The notes: a model not told the origin generated them from the sequence alone. A stretch of 64,000 bases of DNA from Halocafeteria seosinensis (GCA_001687465.1 LVLI01000231.1:124001-188000); one strand, 5' to 3'; positions 25,846 to 37,933 are shown, numbered from the stretch's first letter. Program-made: numbers and translations.

Positions 25846-26597
25846 ATGGCGGAAGAAGAGAGCAATGGCGAGAAGACCTCAACTTGGCAGGAGCAAGTCG
25901 ATGCCAGAGAACTAGCTGCTCGAAGGAGAGAGCAATATATCAGTGAAAGGAATGAACGAAAACGAAGGGCGTTTCGAGCCAGAGCAGACTACATGATGTC
26001 TCTTTCGCCCGGGGAATACTTGATGGGACGCGGTTTGGCCGCCGGGGCTGCAGTGTGGGAAACAACCCCGATCATCCTGGCCGGAGGTGCTTTTGCAGAT
26101 ATGATTTACAGTTATAGACAGGGCAAACGATTCACGTATGTGTTTGCTATTTGTTGATCCGGTGCTGTTTGCTTACCTGGTCCTGCGCCGTCTTCCGGTA
26201 CTCTGAACGCAGGAGCCTAATTGAGTCCGCTCGGTACTCGTCCCCGTATGTTGCCAGAATGTGGTTTAGGCTGACAGGATTTATGGTCCTACAGCAGGCC
26301 CTTGAAATGTGGATAATGAAGCAAACTCGGCTAGGTGAACGATACGATCCAGACCCTTGGGATAACATGCACTATACCAATGTTGCAAGAGCAGTGTCTG
26401 GAGCAGGGGCAGGAGCGCTCGTGGCCTTCAAGGGGAAACACGGATTCACTGCAGCGAAGCAGGCCATTCCAAGGAACAAAAAAGTCATGGCTTGGGCAAT
26501 TATGGGGGCAGCAGCAGGTCCTCTTGTCACGGATATTTGCACATTTTCCCTCAGGTCTATTTCATATGCCTGGTCGAGTCTTTCTTCCTCTGACTGA
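25846..26597 (+). CDS. Small multi-pass membrane protein, possibly Tim17/Tim22/Tim23 family; intron 26136-26212
   Basis: The intron joins ORFs 25819-26157 and 26151-26597 in frame. Glycine-zipper helices SGAGAGAL and MGAAAG. Confidence 0.55.
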
Positions 26598-26638
26598 AGC
26601 GTGTGAAATATCATTGCTGGGCGAACTGTTTATTATCA

Positions 26639-27615
26639 CTAATTGTGGTTTACGAGACCCATAAAATAACATGCCATCAGGATCAAAGATGCTACAAACA
26701 GGGTGGAAGTGCGCAGCGTCGGAGACGCTCCTCCTTCGATGCTTGGAGTGCAGACACCCAGCGGATCGCCCTCACTGTCGCGAGCCATGTCTCGAAATGG
26801 CTGGCCTGGATAGTGTGCCCGCCAAAATGTGGGATTCCCATTTTCATCAAGTTGTATTTCTTCTTCAGGACCGTCTGCTCCGAAATACTTGGGGTCTCCG
26901 CACCTTTTCATGTCCGAGCCATACTGTAATAGCGGTATTTTCTGTGTTGAAGCGACTAATCGGTGCTCGAGTGGTACAGGTGCTTACTTTGCATGATTTA
27001 AAGTAGTTTTCGCAGACTGTCCGACAGAGGATAAGCGATCGGCCTTCTTGGTCACATCGTGGGAAATTCAAATAGCACATGTAATTCTTGTACGAATTTT
27101 GACAGTCCGAGTTACCGTCGAATCGTTTCTTTATCTCTACGTCATGTCCATGCTCGTTGATACCTGCTTCGTCGCGAAAACGTGAATTCTTACTCTAGGG
27201 TCCGTCAACGTACGGAGCCACACATACCTTGGTCTCTCAGTCGATCATTGTTTTCCAGGCGAATGCGTTCTGAAATAACTGAAGTTACTTTATCGCGGAC
27301 CCATTTGTCTTTACCTGCTACACTCTGTGACTCTATACCAGTCTGCAAGTGGATTAAGGAAACGATGGACACAAAAATAAGCTGCGGAAGAATAGCGTTT
27401 GAGGAGCTTACATTCTGCAAAGGGACACAAGCGGGATACCTGACAACGGAACGGCAAAAGGGCATGTCATCTTCAAATTCGACAGGATCCATGCACACGC
27501 CATTGTCTGAGCCCGCTATGTGGCATGCTGTGCTCGGCTGGGAACACAGTAACACGGTCAGCGCACTGAGTAAGAAGACACGTGTTCGAGAAACTTGCAT
27601 AGTCTTTGAGCCCAT
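26639..27615 (-). CDS. Secreted/membrane-anchored Cys-rich protein with Frizzled-CRD-like domain; introns 27411-27343, 27227-27164, 26987-26924
   Basis: Signal peptide; DCQNSYKNYMCYLNFPRCD..LCRTVCENYFKSC has CRD-like Cys spacing; hydrophobic C-terminus (GPI/TM-like). All three introns are canonical and preserve the frame. Confidence 0.75.
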
Positions 27616-28031
27616 TTCGTAATCCGGTTCCTATATCCAACGCTGAAAGCTCATTTTAGCGCATCAGAAGAACCGCGGGGGGAACTGGTCTCACCCTCAA
27701 ATCTGAAATCAGTAACAAGCAACTATCGCACACGTTTCCAAACCTAATTGTAGTGCTGACAAAATGATGACCTATACCCACGTACTGCAGCAGAATAGGC
27801 AGCTCTTATCGAGTGTCAAGGTTTGTTGAAGTGTGGGCTTACTTCAGTTGTGAACTCGTCGTGACAGTGTCCCGTTGCCAACCGCAACGGCTAAACAATG
27901 ATAATTAAGGCTATTTTGCTGATAGTAGTTGTTTACTCTCTATCCTGCAATATCCTGATTTAAGATTGATGACAAGATTTCATCGGGTTTGCACTGTCTC
28001 TGGAGCTCATAGGATACTGAATAAGAAAACA

Positions 28032-29906
28032 ATGGCGACGGAAGACGACACGAGCCCCGAACATCTCCTACGAGTAGCAGTTGAAAGGGAGATGACTAGT
28101 CAGCAACTAATGAACTGGGTTCACCAGAACATCCCTTTCCGTCAACTACAGGTTCTATGCCGTGACCTACAGCAAAGAGCGAGAACGCTGCCGTTCCACA
28201 CAGTGAAAAGAGGCGTCAAGACACTTGGAGCGACGTGCCAGTACTTAGTCTCAGAAGAAACTGACTCAGGCACAGGACGCAAGCCAATGGTATGACAGCA
28301 GCTCTTGATTGAATACACCAGAGGATGTGTAGTTTTTCTCGGTTCTTGAATGGCACACAGAACACTGCCTTCTACGAGTCGCTCGCCCGGTATTGCGGAT
28401 ACAAGCAAATGAAACTAATCGTTGAAGAAGTAAGTAGGGTCGGTGCTTTAATGTTATGAAATAATGAGACAATAAGTATTTTGGAAGCAGCGCCTTGAAC
28501 AAGTGAACGGAAATGTAAAATTACTGTTGAAGCGGATAGAGAATGAGCAATCGAAACCTTTCCATTTCCAGAATGATGGTTCCATTGCCGACCTACAGGT
28601 TACAAGAGAAGCGATGCAAGTGCTTTTGCCTTTCCTTAGTTCTCCGAATTTAGATAACCTACTTGAGTTTGCTCGGTACTTGTTTCCGAGTCGAAGACTG
28701 GTGCCTGAGCCCTTGCCTAAGCAGATCAGTTGTGCACGAGTCATCGACTCAGCGATCATAGTAAATAGTTCAGCAAAAATTCTCCACGCACAATGGCCGA
28801 AGACAACGCAGCGTAATGCCTCCGAAAACGGTAGTGGCGAAAGAAACGAAAAGAGTCCACCCGCAGGATCACTCAATACACCCCGCGGGCACAATGAAGA
28901 GCAGCCAACAATCGCTGGTCGACGGGGGCTCTCGGCAAGGAAATCTCCAGAGGCAGGCAATAGGAAAACTAAACCCTCAACTCCACCACTTCCTGCTGGA
29001 GATTTGCCCAATCAAGTGCCTTCCTTGGATCTCAAGCATGTGCAAGATCGAGAGATCGGCACGTTACCTTCGAAATCGTCTTCTGCCAGCGAAGAACTAC
29101 ACTCTCGCTCCAAACGCAAGTGCTCGTCTCGTTCATACGATCCCGAGGAATTAGATCCTGAGGTATTGTTACGCCACGTAACCACCAGTGAGTCCAGGGC
29201 ACATGAAAGAAACCTTCTTTGGTCCGATATACCGAAAGAATATACAGACAGGCTATCTGTTACCGAATGGAGAATACTAAGACGTTACGTAAAGGAGCTG
29301 GAAGCTAAAAGGAATGCAGAGCAAGCTTTGCGGGCACCACTGGAGACATCAAGAAAAAAGCACGAATATGCAGAGTTGTACGAAGAAGGGCAAGCTCCAA
29401 TAGTCGAAAACTATGAACCGGAAATTGGGACAGAGAAATCCCTCGAGAGTACAGGAAGCAACTCGATTCGGAGTGCGCGCAGCTGGCGCTCGTTCGAAAT
29501 TTGGAAGTCTATTGGAATGGCAACAAGAGAACTTAAGCGAGGAAGAAGGAGGAGCTTATCGTGCATGCACCCTGTAACTTCCCGTTTGAGTCCAGCGCGT
29601 AGAATCCAGTCGGAGGAACTAGCGGACCATCTTCGGAACAAACGACTTCACCGAGAGTTCCGCCTAAGGAACGCTTCACTGGGAGGCTGGCGTACTTCCG
29701 CATCACATACTGCTGACGTGCTTCTGAAGAATATGGCAGGGAAAGTATATTCCGACGAGACCTCCCAAAAAGAAACTGGCGCAGAGGTGGGGCGAAGATG
29801 GTCTCGCTCTGCGGATAGTGCGTCAATGTCATCTCTTTTGCAGAAGGCAAAAGAGTCTTTGGCTGCGATTCAATTGTCCTCCGAATGGGGTGCACCTTCT
29901 CATTAA
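28032..29906 (+). CDS. Hypothetical protein; introns about 28290-28360 and 28430-28490
   Basis: Canonical phase-0 introns join MATEDD.. exon 1, a 69-nt exon and ORF 28503-29906. Confidence 0.65.
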
Positions 29907-29959
29907 CAGTATCTACAATAGCAAATCGATTTAAAAGTGTAACCACAGTCTGAGCTGTA

Positions 29960-30265
29960 CCCTTTAGGGGCGGCCGCATTCGCACTACCATGTACCGGTA
30001 CACCCTACACACGTCGCACTTGACGCTCCTACCATTCCCGTTAGGGGCTGCCGCATTCGCACTACCATGTACCGGTACACCCTACACACATCGCACTTGA
30101 CGCTCCTACCATTCCCTTTAGGGGCTGCCGCATTCGCACTACCATGTACCGGTACACCCTACACACGTCGCACTTGACGCTCCTATGGCTGCCAGCCTGC
30201 CGCATCCGCACTACTATGTACCGGTGTACCCTACACACGTCGCACTTGACGCTCCTACCGTTCCC
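29960..30265. repeat. Tandem repeat, about 4 copies of a 77-bp unit (last period 72 bp)
   Basis: Unit ttaggggctgccgcattcgcactaccatgtaccggtacaccctacacacgtcgcacttgacgctcctaccattccc(g/t) begins at 29964, 30041 and 30118; the fourth copy is diverged. Confidence 0.95.
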
Positions 30266-30339
30266 ATATAATGCCATAGATTTTCATCTTCCCGTAAATT
30301 ATTTGTTGTGTATGGTATAATGTCCAGTGTACACGCATG

Positions 30340-30357
30340 AAAAAAAAATAAAGAAAA
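30340..30357 (-). terminator. RNA polymerase III oligo(dT) terminator of the 5S gene
   Basis: Minus strand reads ccc-TTTT-c-TTT-a-TTTTTTTTT directly after the 5S 3' end. Confidence 0.8.
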
Positions 30358-30361
30358 GGGT

Positions 30362-30481
30362 GTCAGCAGCACCTGGGCTTCCCGAGTGGTCCCCCACCTC
30401 AGTACTGACCAGGCCTAACGCAGCTTAACTAACGGAGTTCTGATGGGAGTCCGGTGTACTCTACGTAGTATGGCCGCTGAC
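30362..30481 (-). rRNA. 5S rRNA: 5S rRNA gene, single copy in window
   Basis: Minus strand GTCAGCGGCCATACTACGTAGAGTACACCGGACTCCCATCAGAACTCCGTTAGTTAAGC..AGTACTGAGGTGGGGGACCACTCGGGAAGCCCAGGTGCTGCTGAC. Helices I-V pair, and box A (AGTTAAGC) and loop E (AGTA/GAA) are present. Confidence 0.96.
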
Positions 30482-30910
30482 AATTATGCGGAGGGCTGTT
30501 TTACATACCTATAGTACCAGGCATGTTTACCGGTAGTTGACGAGCGAGCATGCTTGCTATCAAAGTTCGCAAATCGTTTCAGTCAAAGGCTCACAAATTG
30601 TTAAGCTGCATGAGTATCTTGCATGAGTCGAAAATCCCCTGGTGTGCTCACCACCTCATACACTCATGCTCGTTCGAACTAGCCATTGTGAAGCTCATCA
30701 TGACTTCGTTCAGACGTCTTCCGGAGTTTTGTTCATACTCAGTCACGTCATGTGCTTCATATATCTTGATATGTAAGCCAGAGGGAGCTCAAATGCTCAT
30801 GGTAGCTGCTTTCTTCTAGAGTGGAAAATTCGCAGCAACGCATGCCGTCTTTGGAGCTTCCCACAGCCAGGAAGAGGAAACTGAGCCATCTTGAAAGGGT
30901 TGCATGGATC

Positions 30911-33345
30911 ATGCGATGGCTCTCTGTGCTAGCAGCAGCTCTGTTGCTACTTACCCTGCCCAGGGATGCCCGAGCGCGAAGGCATTCCGTACGATCGGAG
31001 ATGAAAGGACAGTCTAGCTATATCAGGAAGTTAGACAAGCAGGGCCTTGTTGAGCATCCCCTGCAGCTGATCGATCCGAAAAAACTACAAGATAGTGGGT
31101 CATTACGCAATATTTCTAACAAGGCTCCCACGTTGGATATATCAGCCACTACGTTTACCAATGGCGATACTATCGTGGTCACGCTGCACAACGAAGCAGG
31201 AACTTGGAGTAAGGAAGCCAAATGTGCAAGTTCTGCAGCTTTCAACCAATTTCTGGTGCTCGTACTAATGCAGCTTCTGAACAGTGGATAGGGGCCTACA
31301 GTCCCTCAAATGCTAATATCACGGAAGTCGTCCCTATTAAGGTGGCCTTTCCTTTCTATGCAGACGCGAATTATAATTCGAACGGAGTCGCTAACGTTTC
31401 CTTTCAGCTCGTCAACATGCGCGCGAATTATAAGTTTTATTTTTTTGATTGCCCACTTGCGTTTCCAGCCTGTGAGATTCAAGCTGAAAGTGCTGTTGTT
31501 TACGTTGACGACCCTAACGCCCCCTTAAAACCGAGAGTCCTCCCCGTCTCGGGTAAAAGTTCAACAGATATGCGTTTGATGTGGTCCTCAAATTGCGGTC
31601 CCAGCTCAGCCATGGCACGAACAAGCGAAAATGGAACCAAAGAAGGCCCAATAGTGCAATGGGGTCTTGATAAAAGCGAGTTACCGAATACTGTAGTAGG
31701 AAAGAGTTTCACGTACGCGGCTGACGACATGTGTGGAGGTCCTGCAGTTGCCGAGGGGTATAGGGATATTGGATGGATCCACGAAGCCATCCTCACTGGA
31801 CTACCCGCGGGAAAAAGTATATTTTATCGTTTTGGCAACAATAATGGTGGTGGCGAAGGCGGGAGCAAAATGAGTGGCATTGAAGAACTCAGAGTGCCTC
31901 CAAAGCGAGGGACTTCCGGAGTGCGCCTGTTTCTCTACGGGGACATGGGGCGAGGAAGCGATGATGATGCCGCCACCTGGAGAGAATACGGGGAACCTGC
32001 CATCAACACGACCCGTCAGCTCAGAAATCATATCGATAATGAAAGTTGGGGTGATGCAATATTTCATATCGGGGATATAGTACGTTATAACCGGCACGAG
32101 AAAACGCATTTTTATCCGTCCCTTCAAGAGATATGGTTTGTTATTCTTGCAGAGCTATGCCACTGGATATGCTGCGGTGTGGGATGAATGGCTTGACATG
32201 GTGTCTCCTGTTGCGAAGCGAATTCCGTACCTAGTCAACGGTGGAAACCACGAGTGTGATAGTCCCGCGGAGTCATTCCCTGCTAATCGAACGCCCACAT
32301 TCTTTGAAGGCGATCCTGATCGTCGAGGTGGTGACAGTGGAGGTGAATGTGGTGTTCCTATGGTGAATCTGCTGAAGACTCCGCGTGTTTCTGCCGAGGA
32401 GCAGTGGTGGAGTTGGGATATTGGTAATGTCCATATCGTTGCTATGAACACTGAATATGATTTCCGGAGAAGTTCAGAACAATATGCATGGCTGAAGAAC
32501 GACTTGGCGGGAGTCGACAGAAGGGTGACACCGTGGATTATCTTTGGGGGACATAGGTGCGTAATTGTGGTGCCTACTCGATATAGATACTGTTTATTTT
32601 ACCAGACTCGTGGTGTTTCGCTTACAGACCCATGTACGTTTCCTTCAGATGGCATAAGAGTGCCGCTGCTCTTCTAGTTGAGCATATAGAACCGCTTTTG
32701 ATTGAGCATGAGGTCGATTTGGTCATCTGGGGGCATCATCATAGTGTCCAGCGATTTTGCGCAGTATCGAAAGACACCTGCAAGCAGCGCTCTCAAGTGT
32801 CATCGAGTTCGGGATCTACGTATATCTACAAGGCTCCAAAATTTCCAATTCATAATGTGATTGGATCTGCAGGTGCAGACTTCGCATTTAGCGAGGAAAA
32901 TCCTTATCCCAACACTCTTGATCGATCACCGTTCTATAGATGGGGCTTTGCTCAAGTTGAAGCAATTAATGCAACTCATCTGTGGTGGAAGTATATTGAC
33001 AACGGAAGTCCTGTGGATGGTTCTTCTAATGTTCCCGGTACAGTCTTGGATGAATTCTATATAATCAAAGACCCCCTGGCAGAAGCCAGGGACTCCGACG
33101 GGGGGTCGAGTCCACCAAATAAGTGGCTTGTGGGCGGTTTCGCGCTTGGCTTCTTCGGTATTTTGGCCATTGAATGCATTCTTCTGCATATCTGGTACAA
33201 ACGTAAGTACGGGAAGTACCAGCGTCTGTACCAAAGCCGCTCTGAAAGTGTACCTAACGATGCCGACGAGAAAGCCTCAGAGCCTGGTCCAGAGGATCAG
33301 CGACTCCCGGAAGCCACTGAAGAGGAGCATGCGGAAAATGCGTGA
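30911..33345 (+). CDS. Purple acid phosphatase family metallophosphoesterase, copy 1, with signal peptide and C-terminal TM; 3 introns
   Basis: Metal-ligand motifs GDMG, GDI/SY, GNHE, GHR/PMY, GHHH. Introns about 31209-31273, 32080-32152, 32558-32627. The start could instead be ATG 30842. Confidence 0.9.
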
Positions 33346-33785
33346 AGAAGAGTGTAAATCGAAAATGGAAAAGGGGAAGACACTTTCCTCCGTTCAGTCG
33401 CAGTTACATCCGTGCCACTTATGGAAACTGTGCATCGTACAACATGCATGCTGTACTGCTGTCACACTGGTTGTATGAGGTTGATTCCAAGGATCTTCTA
33501 CCTGCCCTCATGTTCCATTCAAAGCCTCGTTTCGGAACACGTATATTTTCCGAGAACGAGGATTCATTTGTACCCAGAGTTCATGGATTCTTGAAGTTGT
33601 CGACGATGCGGACTTTGAAGCTGGAAGCGTAGAAAGCCTGTATGTATAGACTGTGTTTGGCAATGCGCAAACTCTGTCTCACGCTACACTGTATATAAAG
33701 AAAATATCATACTAGTGTCATTGTTTTGTCCTTTGTTTCACCCAGTTGCTAGTTAACAGCTATTCTGGGGGTATTACGGGGACTC

Positions 33786-36300
33786 ATGACGTGTTGCTGC
33801 ATGATGCATGGCTTCCCCAGCGTCATGACCACATCATTATTGGCTTTTATCACTTTGCTAACACTGCAGGCTGGTGTGAATGGGGCCAGCCATTCACTGA
33901 CGGAGGATATTGGTCTATGGTCCCCCCATATCCAGAAACTCATCAAAGATAAAGCCCCGATTGAGCATCCCATGCAGCTAATTCGCCCGAATCAGTTAAC
34001 CCACATGAGGAAGCGTACTTCACTCGAGAGCGTCTCAGTCAATGGGATCCACGACGAAGCAGAGCTGCCGACGCTGGATGTGTCAACGACGAGATTTTCC
34101 AATGGGGAGAGGGTGACAGTGACTCTGGATAACAGGGGCGGGGAGCGTTGTAAGTGGGATGGAATTTAGAGGATTTTGATTCATCTTTATGTGATTACCG
34201 AAGTTATTGCCTCTGGTATTTGCAGCACCGACACAATGGATCGGAGCTTATAGTCCACCAGATGCCAACATTTCTGAAGTGGTTCCCGTGAAATATGCGT
34301 TCCCGGACAAAGTGGATAACAACTACACGAAGTCGGGAATGGCCAATGTGACGTTTCGGTTGGTGAACATGCGGGCAGACTACAAATTTTACTTCTTCGA
34401 ATGTGGTGTCGATTTTCCAGCATGTTCCGCTGCAGCCGAGAGCCAAATAGTGCATGTGGATGATAAAAACGCCCCTTTAAAACCCAGAGTGCTCCCTTCT
34501 GACGGCAACGACCCAACGCAGATTCGCGTAATGTGGTCTTCAAGTGAAGGCCCTCCAGCGCGATCTGAATCCCTAAATTTTCAGTCTGATATGAAAGGAG
34601 CAGTTGTGGAATGGGGGACTTCCAAGAAGAACCTGCAGCATGTTGTAAGAGCGAATAGCTCCACTTACACTGCCGAAGATATGTGTGCTCCTCCAGCCAT
34701 AGCTGAAGGTTATCGCGATATTGGATGGATCCACGAGGCAATTTTAGTTAATCTACCTCCGGGAAAAACCGTTTATTATCGTTTTGGCAACAATGACGGT
34801 GGTGGAGAAGGTGGGAGTCGAATGAGTGAAATTGAGGCATTCCGCGTTCCTCCTCGGATCGGAGCCTCTGGAACACAATTGTTCTTATATGGAGACATGG
34901 GGAGAGGAAGTGATGACGATGCAGTGACATGGCGTCACTATGGCCAGCCGTCGCTTAACACTTCCATTCTAATGGAGCAACAAATTCGCGATGACCAGTG
35001 GGGCCACGGGGTCTTTCACATAGGTGACATTGTAAGCACGATACATTTGACCGCTTTGCAGCTTGAGTGTACGTGCCAAACTCAATTTTGTTGACTTTGC
35101 AGAGTTATGCCACGGGCTACGCTGCAGTGTGGGATGAATGGCTAGACATGGTCGCACCCGTCGCTAAGAGAATCCCCTATACTGTCAATGGTGGCAATCA
35201 TGAGAACGACTGTCCAGCCGAACTATTTCATGAAAATCAAACACCGTCATTTTATCCCGGGAGTCCCTATTGGAGTGGTGGTGATAGTGGTGGTGAATGC
35301 GGAGTACCGATGACTCGGCTGCTAAAGACCCCCCGTGCCTCATACAATGAACAATGGTGGAGCTGGAATATTGGGAACATCCATGTTGTCGCTATGAACA
35401 CTGAGTACGATTTTCGAAGAGGGTCCGCACAGTATAAGTGGCTGGAAGAGGACTTGCAGAACGTTGACCGATCCAAAACCCCTTGGATTATCTTCGGCGG
35501 TCACAGGTCAGTGCGCATTGGTAATCCTTATCATTGGCGTTCAAACGTATAATATATAATTCTCGTTTTACAGGCCGATGTACATATCCTCAACGTATAA
35601 GGTAGGGCCGCTGAATCAGTCGGATCAAGAGGTAGCGTCTCTCCTCCGCGAACACGTTGAACCCCTGTTGGAGCAGTTCAAAGTAGATTTGGCAATCTGG
35701 GGGCATAATCATAGTGTTCAGCGCTTCTGTGCCTCATACAAAAATGTTTGCAAACAGCGATCTCAGATATCGGGCACATCTGGGAACACATACGTGTATG
35801 AGAAACCTGAGTATCCCATTCATAATGTCATCGGAACAGCCGGGGCAGGCTTTACTGTTAACAATGAGAATCCTAGTCCAGACACAATTGACCGACCTGT
35901 ATTTTACAGGTGGGGATATGCACAAGTGGAAGCAATCAACTCGACTCATCTCGAATGGAAATTCCTCGATAACGGGACTCCATATGAGGGTGTAACCCAC
36001 CGCGCCGGAAAAATCCTCGACCACTTTTTTATCATTAAGGATTTTCAGTCTAACTCGCCATCACAGCATCATAACGATGGCAAAAAAGGAAAAGAAATCC
36101 TTTTAGGGGGTATCATTGGAGGCGTTGTGCTAATTGTCTTTGTTATCGGTGTGACTGTTTACGTACTCAGAAAATGGCGCAGGAATGATGGCCGGTCGAT
36201 ATCTGCCTACCACCGGCACAAGGATCTCGAGTCTTCTCCTCGACACTACTATGATCCTGCACTTCATAGTGGTTCGGCTGCCCCTGACGACCCTAAATGA
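33786..36300 (+). CDS. Purple acid phosphatase family, copy 2 (tandem paralog) with C-terminal TM; 3 introns at the same positions as copy 1
   Basis: GDMG, GDI/SY, GNHE, GHR/PMY, GHNH; long near-identical blocks with copy 1. The start may be ATG 33801 or 33825. Confidence 0.9.
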
Positions 36301-36463
36301 AACATGAACAGGTCGGCGCAAACTTCCTCGTACATTTTCAATGGCTGGTCACAGATATAGCCGAAGTGTAGTCCTTTTTTGTCGACGTTTTGACGACGAG
36401 GATCCTTTGAAAATGAGTTGCTGTGGTGACGCAGTCCTCAAAATTGGAATCTTCATGTTTCAG

Positions 36464-37933
36464 TCAGCTTGTGTGTGTGTGTGTGTTTCCCACAGAGTTG
36501 GGGGTCGATCCCGCACGACTGCGATAGGCCGTCTTCCATGTGCTCTTCCACATAAAAAAATTGCATCTCGACGATGAATCGTCTGACCGTCCGGCCGGCC
36601 GATTGCACACAAAGAAGTTTCTTCCTATATTCTTACCGCTCTTCACTGTTCTCTCCACAGATGTTTCGTTGTGCCCTGAGCATTTGGGTGGGGGTATGGG
36701 GCCACTGAGGAGATTTGCCCAAGTATTCTTTGCGGTTTGTTCCTCATTAACGAGGTCAATTGAGTCCCGAATTATGCCATTTTTGTCAGAGCTGTTCGAT
36801 TGGGGCAGGGGAGACTGTTTTCGGATGAACAAGTCTAATGTGGCCGTTGCTGCCTTCCTCCGACTCTTCTTCTCCTGAGCTGGTTCGCTTGTACGTTCCG
36901 AAGCTCGTTTCCCTTGCGCCTTCTGAAGAAAGGATCGCATACTTGTTTGTTCCGATAGAAACTCATTCCAAGAGTGGGGGCAAAATGCTGAGTCAGATGT
37001 AGAGCCGATCGAGGAACTGCGATGTCCAATAGATAAGTCCAGAGAAACGGGACAGTGGTCAGATCCTTCGTAGTGCGACAGAACGTCAGCATAGACCAGC
37101 TTGGGCGACAGTTCTGATGATATCAGACTGTAGTCAAGGCGCGTTCCATAATTCGTTTCACGGGCTCTGGTCATCGTGTTCCAGCAAGAAAATCGGTTAT
37201 TCACACGTGGAAAGTAGTAGCGGAAGGCGTCAGTGAGGTTTTCTCCCTCAGCTGAGGTCAGTTCATCCATCCACATGCGAAATCGATCTTCTTCGAATTT
37301 CATTCCTGATTCGATTTCCCATGACTCCGGATCACAATGATCTGCTCGTTTATGGGCAACGTTGAGATCGCCTGTAACGATGATAGAGTGACCACAATGT
37401 TGTAGCGTGGATATCTGATGCTGTAGCGCTTTGTGAAATTCCCATTTGAAGTCATTCCTAGAGGAATGCTCACTCCGAGCAGGACAGTACACGTTGAGCA
37501 ACGTAAAGTCTTTATGCTCTGTCACAAGCACTCGCCCTTCGCGGTTGATTTGATTTGAATCGGCGGGAACGTCAACCGTGTCAAACTCACCACCGTGGGG
37601 CAGCAGAGGACCTTCATAAACGCGCTCCGGGAGCAAAGTCTTGCGGACAAAGGTGGCTGTACCTGAATAGGGACGGTTTTTCACTCGATTCAAGGCAAAA
37701 TAGCTGACGTAGTTTTGAGGGAAGGCGATATGTGACGGCAAGTCACTTCTGGAGGAGAGTTTCGTCTCCTGGAGACACAAAATGTCTGCACCCAATTTGT
37801 CCAAAAACTCGTCAATGTTTTTGGCACCATCGCAAGCCACAGTTCTGACTATTCCACGCATTCCAACATTCCAGGAGACGATGCGTATTTTGTCTCGCGA
37901 TGCGGTGGAGACGGCATCGGTTTCTGAGGCCAT
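36464..37933 (-). CDS. APEX2: AP endonuclease 2 (EEP domain, PIP box, zf-GRF)
   Basis: SWNV, LQETK, YSGTA, GDLNVAH, NYGTRLDY, SDHCPV; PIP-like QTSMRSFL; CSGH..GRNFFVC..RCNFFMW. Confidence 0.93.
   Translation of the reverse strand: MASETDAVSTASRDKIRIVSWNVGMRGIVRTVACDGAKNIDEFLDKLGADILCLQETKLSSRSDLPSHIAFPQNYVSYFALNRVKNRPYSGTATFVRKTLLPERVYEGPLLPHGGEFDTVDVPADSNQINREGRVLVTEHKDFTLLNVYCPARSEHSSRNDFKWEFHKALQHQISTLQHCGHSIIVTGDLNVAHKRADHCDPESWEIESGMKFEEDRFRMWMDELTSAEGENLTDAFRYYFPRVNNRFSCWNTMTRARETNYGTRLDYSLISSELSPKLVYADVLSHYEGSDHCPVSLDLSIGHRSSSIGSTSDSAFCPHSWNEFLSEQTSMRSFLQKAQGKRASERTSEPAQEKKSRRKAATATLDLFIRKQSPLPQSNSSDKNGIIRDSIDLVNEEQTAKNTWANLLSGPIPPPKCSGHNETSVERTVKSGKNIGRNFFVCNRPAGRSDDSSSRCNFFMWKSTWKTAYRSRAGSTPNSVGNTHTHTS

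Noticed and set aside
27640..27925. Box C/D snoRNA (ATGATGA at 27764) or RNase MRP-like P4 pairing
   Set aside because: The nearest CTGA is about 150 nt away with no terminal stem, and an MRP model would overlap the neighbouring CDS and contain T-runs.
29960..30265. CRISPR-like array
   Set aside because: Linkers are only 11-16 nt and mostly identical, the constant part is about 61 nt, there are no cas genes and the context is eukaryotic.
29960..30277. CxxC-containing ORFs over the repeat (30062-30277 and the start of 29533-30012)
   Set aside because: A period of 77 is not a multiple of 3; the ORFs are by-products of the repeat or antisense to a real gene.
29960..30481. Spliced-leader RNA array linked to 5S, or a 5S-derived SINE
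   Set aside because: The unit has no Sm site, and the 5S is complete and directly followed by an oligo(dT) terminator.
36470..36486. (GT)n microsatellite at the APEX2 3' end
   Set aside because: Encodes only a terminal THTHT; trivial.
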